11,884 nt of DNA from Armatimonadota bacterium (GTDB taxonomy: Bacteria > Armatimonadota > Armatimonadia > Armatimonadales > Armatimonadaceae). The DNA lies in the NCBI GenBank assembly GCA_043754515.1, contig JAYUUO010000144.1:1-11884 (forward strand). The letters are read 5' to 3'. Numbering within the stretch: position 1 is the stretch's first letter; each line of letters starts with the position of its first letter. The notes beneath the pieces were generated by a model. That model made no database searches and was not told where the DNA came from. It was given only the letters and a program-made list of their open reading frames with translations. A program made the position numbers and the translations under genes. Shown in pieces: positions 6,903-11,884 of the stretch.

Positions 6903-8772
6903 ACCGTTGGCGTCGTCGCTCGAACGCGTCCTGGCCGCCCTCTAGTAAGTTAACTATTTCGTCTCGACATTCGTCCAACGTACCTGCTTTTTCCACATAA
7001 CCACGTTTTCCGTCGGAGTTCATAACTACAACAAAATCTGCTTCTCCTAATACAGGAATGTTCGCGTTGTGCGTGATGAATATCATCTGTCGCTGACTAC
7101 GCATTTGTTGAATGGTTCCAACCACTGTTTCATATATGAAGTGGTTGTCGAGATTATCTTCCGGTTGGTCGATTACTAAAGGAATATCTCTTCTGGCAAG
7201 GAGCAGGGGCAAAAGTGCAGTGCATTTTTGCCCGCGAGAAAGATCAGATGCGTCTTTGAATATCGGCTCTATAGTAGTGCCAACGTTAAGTTCGATACAG
7301 ATTTGATCATCGGTTGGCAAAACCTCTAAGGCTAAAGGATCTAGTTTGGATTGAAACGCTCCAAGTAACTTTCTGCAACGCTCATCACCAAGAGAAGTTT
7401 GAAGTTCCAGTTCCTGAACATCGTCTGTTTGAATTATTTGTGCAAGCTGTTCCGGCCTCAATCGCTTGAGGGACGCTAAGATGTCTTCATGATTTCGCAG
7501 TCCAGACCCGCGAAGTGCCTCTATCAGGGTTTGCTGATAGACTAAATCATCGGCGTGACGTAATACTCGAACACGTACATTTGTTACGGCTTTACCCTGT
7601 AGTTCTGCAGCAGATTGTGCCCGAAGCTCGGAAACCTGGTCGCGCTCACGAAGAAAATTACCCTTGATATTGCGTCTTTGTTCCAGTAAATTTGTTAGCT
7701 CTACTTCTGCTTCGCTACGTGATTTTTCTACTGCTTCCAACCGAGTTATGGCTTCCTCTACTTTAGCTCTCGCTTGAATCATGTGACTAGCAGTCATATT
7801 CTCAGTTTCGAGTCGCTGGTGCTCCGCTTCCTGGCCCTCATGAGCGGCTAGGAAAGACCGGCGTATATTATGTAGTTCATTAACCCCATGTTCGACCAAT
7901 TCTGTTGCCCGCACCACACTAGATTCCAAAGACTCTGCTATTACATTTATAGCATTATCTGCTTCTTTGCCTATTAAAACATTTTTCGATTCGGTAAAGG
8001 AAAGAATGGGGTACTTGTTGTAAGAATGAGCTTCGTTCAGTGCTACAAGGTCCCGATGACAATCAGCGAGTTGTTTCAACGCGGCATCAACCTGAATCAA
8101 TTCACGTGCGTTGAGTGATCGTTGCTTGGACGCTCGGGTGAGACTTGTTGACATATCATTCACAGATGGTTGTGGGAGTGCTTGTAGACGTATACGTGCA
8201 TCACCAATTTCTTCCGCTTGCTCTTTCAAATCGCCTATCAATCGCCGAGTAGCCTTAATACGATCAGCATTCGCTTCCAGCGAACGTCGCAGGTCTGCAA
8301 TGCGCAATTGCACTTCACGTAGCGATTCAATATTAAGTTCATCGAGCAATGCACGTCGACGCTCTCCCAGATTCTCATCGGCGATTGCTTCGATCTCCGT
8401 GCTACTAAACCCATCAATTGGAAGAAAAGAGCCACGGTCTAAATCTACAGATGGGATTGATATGCCATCACCATTCAGCAGAGTTCCGGACTGACGAAAA
8501 GTGCGACGGATTGTATATATCGCGTGGCTACTACCTGTGATTGCAGCACGCAGTGTTATGCTCGCGGTCCCGAGGTTTGCCTGAATCATATCGGTGCGAG
8601 ACTTACTAGCACCCGTAAGTCCAGCAATCCCGTAGCGAATTGCTTCGGTAAGAGTAGACTTTCCACTCCCGCGAGGTCCTATGACGCAAGTAAGGCCAAC
8701 AGGAAAATGAAGGCGAACTCCCTCAAGGAATCCTCCGCAAATCTCTATCGAATTCAAACTCCAACTTGACAT
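6889..8772 (-). CDS. Coiled-coil ABC/SMC-like ATPase (TrlF/Ppl-type ATPase motifs, no PHP domain), 627 aa
   Basis: Walker A GPRGSGKST, a long heptad-rich centre, signature LSRGQK, Walker B/D-loop LVIDQPEDNLDN, H-loop ITHNANIPV and C-terminal LEGG..AF.RR. Start moved to ATG 8772 because AGGAGA lies 7 nt upstream. Confidence 0.9.
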   Translation of the reverse strand: MSSWSLNSIEICGGFLEGVRLHFPVGLTCVIGPRGSGKSTLTEAIRYGIAGLTGASKSRTDMIQANLGTASITLRAAITGSSHAIYTIRRTFRQSGTLLNGDGISIPSVDLDRGSFLPIDGFSSTEIEAIADENLGERRRALLDELNIESLREVQLRIADLRRSLEANADRIKATRRLIGDLKEQAEEIGDARIRLQALPQPSVNDMSTSLTRASKQRSLNARELIQVDAALKQLADCHRDLVALNEAHSYNKYPILSFTESKNVLIGKEADNAINVIAESLESSVVRATELVEHGVNELHNIRRSFLAAHEGQEAEHQRLETENMTASHMIQARAKVEEAITRLEAVEKSRSEAEVELTNLLEQRRNIKGNFLRERDQVSELRAQSAAELQGKAVTNVRVRVLRHADDLVYQQTLIEALRGSGLRNHEDILASLKRLRPEQLAQIIQTDDVQELELQTSLGDERCRKLLGAFQSKLDPLALEVLPTDDQICIELNVGTTIEPIFKDASDLSRGQKCTALLPLLLARRDIPLVIDQPEDNLDNHFIYETVVGTIQQMRSQRQMIFITHNANIPVLGEADFVVVMNSDGKRGYVEKAGTLDECRDEIVNLLEGGQDAFERRRQRYARD

Positions 8773-8860
8773 TACTGTTCTCCTGAGCAAAATATTACGC
8801 CCCAATACGCTTGCCACTATACTCCAATATTCACCTATCCAGGTGATCATGGACTTTAAC

Positions 8861-8866
8861 ATTATA
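8861..8866 (-). promoter_or_regulatory. Candidate -10 box for the three-gene operon
   Basis: Perfect TATAAT in an AT-rich intergenic stretch about 90 nt upstream of the ATPase start. No convincing -35. Confidence 0.4.
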
Positions 8867-9193
8867 CAACATATTCTGTTGTTTTTTGATATACATACTA
8901 CATATTGATTTTAATTTATCTCCCCTTCTCAAAACAAATGTTTCTGAAGCTTCCTTGTTACGGCGTGGGTCTAATTGTTGGTTGTGTTTGTGGTAGTTGT
9001 AAGTGGTGCAAATAATCGGCGGCAGTTTGCGCTTTACTGGCGGCGGCAAAGATTGCCCGATGATCAAGTTTGTACAATCGTGGGTTAGTTCTCGCCCCGG
9101 TCTGATTCGCTCATCGCCTTCAGTGGCTCCGTGTCCAGGGACCGCTTCAACGCCCATTCCTTCGTCATCCGCTGAAGCACCAGAGTACAAAGG

Positions 9194-9212
9194 TTGCAGG
9201 TATGCCATCGGA
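9194..9212. repeat. 19-nt insertion containing GCATACCTGCAA (minus strand)
   Basis: Removing it restores the reading ...SAAN-LCTLVLQR.... The same 12-mer occurs on the plus strand at 9614-9625. Confidence 0.7.
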
Positions 9213-9247
9213 TTCGCCGCGCTGGTATCGTTCGTGAAGATGCCGAC

Positions 9248-9270
9248 GCGCATTTTGGGACAAAATGCTG
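9248..9270. repeat. 23-nt palindromic insertion
   Basis: gcattttg-gga-caaaatgc (perfect 8-bp arms). Removing it restores KRRTRV-VGIF. Confidence 0.8.
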
Positions 9271-9342
9271 AACCCGCGTCCGTCGTTTCACCTCGCCGAA
9301 GACCCTCTCCAGCACGTTCGTCGTCCGCAGGAGACGGTGATG

Positions 9343-9381
9343 CCAAGAAAATCGCTCCAGGCGATTTCTCTGCCCCGAAGG
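9343..9381. repeat. ~39-nt double-hairpin in-frame insertion
   Basis: aaatcgc-tccag-gcgattt plus CCC-TTCG-GGG on the minus strand. Removing it gives FPSS-HHRLLRTTN, matching typical IS256 spacing. Confidence 0.65.
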
Positions 9382-9608
9382 GGAGGAGGGGAAGGTAAGC
9401 ACGTTCGTCAGACCGCTCTTCAGAACCCCGACTGCTTTCACGAACCGCTTCCCGTATCGCTCCACGAACGCCGCCGCCAGCGCGTCCGCGCTTTCTTTGC
9501 GATGCACGGCGGAAATGCCTTTCAGATCACCGGCAACTTCCGCCATGCCTGCGGCGGGCCGTGGCACAGTATGTTTCTCCGGAAGTGGACCACGCACTGC
9601 TGCCATGG

Positions 9609-9629
9609 CATTTGCATACCTGCAAATAG
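9609..9629. repeat. ~21-nt palindromic in-frame insertion
   Basis: atttgca-tacc-tgcaaat (perfect 7-bp arms). It adds LFAGMQM between ELPTA and PWQQC. Confidence 0.75.
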
Positions 9630-9850
9630 CGCCGTAGGTAGTTCGACTTGCACCGCGCTCTTGACGCTCTCGTGGTCGTCGGAGACCACTAGCTGGACGC
9701 CCGAGAGCCCGTGCCCGATCAGCCCCTTGAGCAGGTTACGATGGGCTTCTTTCTTTCCGCCCGCCGCGGATTCCACGGCAAGAACCTCCCGGAACCCGTC
9801 TTCATTCACACTGATCACAACGAGCAGAGCTAAATCACCCACATGGCCTG

Positions 9851-9877
9851 AGCAAAATGGCTCCGCCATTTGTGCGA
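9851..9877. repeat. ~27-nt palindromic in-frame insertion
   Basis: gcaaaatgg-ctccg-ccatttgtgc. It adds about 9 residues between YLKVNW and GHVGDLALL. Confidence 0.65.
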
Positions 9878-9950
9878 CCCAGTTGACCTTCAAGTACGTC
9901 GCGTCCGAGTAGAGGTACGGGTAACCCAGATACAGGCGGCGGGCGCGGAA

Positions 9951-10094
9951 GCAGGCATTTGTTTTAAGAGAGGTTCTTGTCACTTTCCCTTCCCAAACTG
10001 CGGCTATGTCCCAGTGCTGGGCGGAGGCGGGGTCGGCTAGAGCGACGGAAAGGGCGACGGACGCGAGGAACGGGAGGAGAACACACTTTTTCAT
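9951..10094 (-). pseudogene. 5' stub of a secreted-protein gene, fused in frame to the transposase remnant
   Basis: MKKCVLLPFLASVALSVALADPASA-QHW is a typical Sec signal peptide with an A-S-A cleavage site. A TATAAT lies at 10136-10131. The reading switches to transposase sequence at FRARR (~9950). Confidence 0.65.
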
Positions 10095-10095
10095 A

Positions 10096-10128
10096 TGGTA
10101 CCAACCTGCTTTCTGGTACCAACCTGCT
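10096..10128. repeat. 15-bp direct repeat (two copies, 18-bp period)
   Basis: tggtaccaacctgct at 10096-10110 and 10114-10128, between the TATAAT and the ATG of the stub gene. Confidence 0.9.
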
Positions 10129-10368
10129 GTATTATACCCGGCTGGCGCGGATTCCGGGACGATTTTGCGTAAGTATTTCTACTGTTTTTTGTCCCGGCCT
10201 GCGAACTTTTCAGTGTGCCGTCCGCCTCCCGGTTCCGACGGAACACTAAGCCAATGGCTTCCCCTTTTACCGCGAGCGCGTCCCCCAGCCCCGCGCCTAT
10301 CGCAAGCGCGTCCCCCGCAACCGTGCTTTCGTCGCGGATCGGGTCCGGGCGCGGCGACAGGCCCCCTC

Positions 10369-11703
10369 TTACCCCTTGCGCAACCGCTCCGGCAGCCGGT
10401 CTTGCCGGATTACATCGTCCAGCGTCTCGCGCTCCACGACGACGTCCGCGTGCCCGTCCCGCGCGAACACCACGGCGGGGCGCGTGAACCGGTTGTAGTT
10501 CGACGCCATCGCCTGGTTGTACGCGCCCGTGGTCTGCACCGCGAGCAGGTCACCCGCGTCCGTGTCGCCGAGCGGCAGATCCCAGATCAGAATGTCGGTC
10601 TCGCAGTGCTTGCCGCAGATCGTTACCGTCTTGTCTTTGGCTTGACCGGCGCGGTTCGCCACCATCGCCGAGTACACCGCGTCGTAGAGTTGCGGGCGCG
10701 GGTTGTCGCTCATGCCGCCGTCCACCGACACGTAGAACCGCTCGCCCGGCGCGTCCGGGAGCAGGACGCGCTTGGTGTGCCCGATGGTGTACAGCGTGGT
10801 GCCCGCCTCCGCGACCAGCGTCCGCCCCGGCTCCTGCCATAATCGCGGCAGGGGCAGATCGTGCTTCTTCAGTTCGGTGAGCAGTTTGCCGACGATCAGT
10901 TCGGCGAACTCCTCGTAGGTCGGCGGGTGTTGTGATTCCAGGTACCGCACCCCGAGTCCGCCCCCGATGTCGAGGTCGGCGACGGTGAACCCGGTCGCCG
11001 CGCGGATCTCGGCCAGGAACGCGACCATGATCTCGATGGCCTGCTCGTGCGTGTGCGGGTCGAGCAGTTGCGATCCGATGTGGCAATGAATACCGGTCAG
11101 TTCCACGCCCGGCAGATCGTTCATTGCCTCGGTGACGGCAGCAAGCGCGGAGCCTTCGCTGATGTTGATGCCGAACTTGCTGTCTTCCTGCCCGGTGCGG
11201 ATGCGGCGGTGCGTCTTCGGGTCAATCCCCGGCGTGACCCGGATCAGGATCGCCTGACGCTTGCCCCGCGCGAGTGCCATCGCGGACAGTCGGCGCAACT
11301 CGAAGAAGTTGTCCACCACGAACCGTCCGATACCGGCGTCGAGGCCCATCGCGAGTTCGGCGTCGGACTTGTTGTTGCCGTGCATCAGGAGGCGTTCGGC
11401 GGGGAATCCGGCGGTCAGGGCGGTGTGCAACTCCCCGGCGGACGCGACATCGAGGCCCAACCCCTCTTCGTCCACGAGCCGCGCCATCGCCTGAACCAGG
11501 AACGCTTTGCCGGCGTAGGTGACTTTGCTCTCGCCGGGGTACGCGGCGGCGAACGCGGCGACATAACGGCGGCAGTTGTCGCGTAACGCCTGTTCGTCCA
11601 TCACATAAAGCGGGGTGCCGAACTGTTCGGCGAGTTCGGCGGTGTCACAACCGCCGATTTCGAGGTGACCGCGATGATTGACGCGCTGTGTGCCTAATAA
11701 CAT
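10369..11703 (-). CDS. lysA: Diaminopimelate decarboxylase
   Basis: FGTPLYVMDE, YAGKAF (PLP lysine), HGNNKS, SKFG, HCHIGSQ, DIGGG, EPGR, DGGMSDNPRPQLY, GKHCE and GAY...ASNYN; 444 aa. Confidence 0.97.
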   Translation of the reverse strand: MLLGTQRVNHRGHLEIGGCDTAELAEQFGTPLYVMDEQALRDNCRRYVAAFAAAYPGESKVTYAGKAFLVQAMARLVDEEGLGLDVASAGELHTALTAGFPAERLLMHGNNKSDAELAMGLDAGIGRFVVDNFFELRRLSAMALARGKRQAILIRVTPGIDPKTHRRIRTGQEDSKFGINISEGSALAAVTEAMNDLPGVELTGIHCHIGSQLLDPHTHEQAIEIMVAFLAEIRAATGFTVADLDIGGGLGVRYLESQHPPTYEEFAELIVGKLLTELKKHDLPLPRLWQEPGRTLVAEAGTTLYTIGHTKRVLLPDAPGERFYVSVDGGMSDNPRPQLYDAVYSAMVANRAGQAKDKTVTICGKHCETDILIWDLPLGDTDAGDLLAVQTTGAYNQAMASNYNRFTRPAVVFARDGHADVVVERETLDDVIRQDRLPERLRKG

Positions 11704-11717
11704 AAAAGATGAACCCG

Positions 11718-11783
11718 AATCTAAGAAGAGTGAAACGCGGCGAACCTGGTTCGGATCGCCGCGATTTTCGCGATCATTGTAGC
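11718..11783 (+). repeat. Degenerate direct-repeat copy B (lysA promoter/leader; partner at 4123-4182)
   Basis: Same collinear blocks as copy A, with an extra cgaacc-t-ggttcg palindrome in the middle. Confidence 0.6.
11736..11763 (-). terminator. Stem-loop upstream of lysA (terminator of the upstream gene, attenuator or 5' hairpin)
   Basis: cgcggcga-N12-tcgccgcg, followed on the minus strand by tttcactcttc (a weak U tract). Confidence 0.4.
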
Positions 11784-11805
11784 GTCAAACGGGGGTCGGT
11801 GCCAA
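11776..11805 (-). promoter_or_regulatory. Putative lysA promoter
   Basis: Minus-strand TTGGCA (11805-11800), 18 bp spacer, TACAAT (11781-11776). Confidence 0.5.
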
Positions 11806-11807
11806 AA

Positions 11808-11884
11808 CTAGCGGGGGGAAGGCACCGCCGCGCTCGGGGACGGCGACGGGGACGGCGAAACATCCAGCGTCACGAACACGACCT
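11808..11884 (-). CDS. C-terminal end of an upstream gene (partial, Ser/Pro-rich tail)
   Basis: Reads ...VVFVTLDVSPSPSPSPSAAVPSPR* with host-like GC3 codons and a TAG at 11810-11808. Confidence 0.6.
   Translation of the reverse strand, partial: VVFVTLDVSPSPSPSPSAAVPSPR

Larger units (their letters stand above)
4185..8980. other. Low-GC horizontally acquired island carrying a three-gene operon
   Basis: Abrupt shift from very GC-rich flanks to about 45% GC (estimated by eye) with A/T-ending codons. Bounded on the right by an IS remnant. No integrase or tRNA seen. Borders are approximate. Confidence 0.85.
8980..9950 (-). mobile_element. IS256-family insertion sequence remnant (5'-truncated)
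   Basis: Transposase homology spans 9950-9085. GC falls at about 9000, and 8980-9013 (ggttgtg...aagtggtgcaaat) loosely resembles an IS256 terminal repeat. No matching other end is visible. Confidence 0.8.
9085..9950 (-). pseudogene. IS256-family (Mutator-type DDE) transposase pseudogene
   Basis: Motifs YPYLYSDATYLKV, GFREVLAV, GVQLVVSDDH, WQQCVVHFRRN and RTTNVLER..GEVKRRTRV-VGIF are spread over three frames. The N-terminal part is missing, there is a frameshift near 9560, and several insertions are present. Confidence 0.92.

Noticed and set aside
6889..8772. Housekeeping SbcC/RecN/SMC or standard Lamassu LmuB
   Set aside because: No SbcD, ScpAB or LmuA/LmuC-like partner is seen, the composition is foreign, and the DQPEDNLD motif points to a different clade.
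8773..8862. 30-aa N-terminal extension of the ATPase
   Set aside because: A strong AGGAGA precedes ATG 8772, and the longer start overlaps the candidate -10 box.
9194..9877. CRISPR array interpretation of the spaced hairpins
   Set aside because: The hairpins differ in sequence, spacing is irregular, the intervening DNA is transposase, and no cas genes are present.
8831..9912. ORFs 8831-9346, 9003-9398 and 9265-9912 as independent genes
   Set aside because: They are alternative-frame or antisense readings of the IS256 pseudogene.
10006..11586. ORFs overlapping lysA on the opposite strand or in other frames
   Set aside because: They are shadows of a highly conserved gene with low-complexity Arg/Pro/Ala translations.
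11704..11807. Lysine riboswitch upstream of lysA
   Set aside because: The gap is only about 100 nt, too short for the aptamer, and no conserved riboswitch motifs were recognised.

Overview
GC-rich bacterial chromosome (roughly 65-70% GC by eye) interrupted by a ~4.8 kb lower-GC insert (roughly 45%). From left to right: (1) a minus-strand gene missing from the ORF track because it runs off the left edge (<1..2441), fusing an NDP-sugar pyrophosphorylase-like domain with degenerate catalytic motifs, a left-handed beta-helix and an apparently intact phosphohexomutase; (2) a divergent secreted GH20 hexosaminidase; (3) a low-GC, translationally coupled three-gene operon encoding a coiled-coil ABC/SMC-like ATPase (TrlF/Ppl-like motifs, no PHP domain), a soluble histidine kinase and a receiver domain fused to an APH-like kinase, which is the best candidate for an undescribed (probably anti-phage/conflict) system; (4) a truncated IS256-family remnant whose transposase carries five short, mostly palindromic insertions and is joined in frame to a signal-peptide gene stub; (5) lysA; (6) the 3' end of an upstream gene. 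A degenerate ~60 bp copy of the lysA promoter/leader also sits at the left border of the island. All calls come from manual translation and motif recognition; no searches were run.
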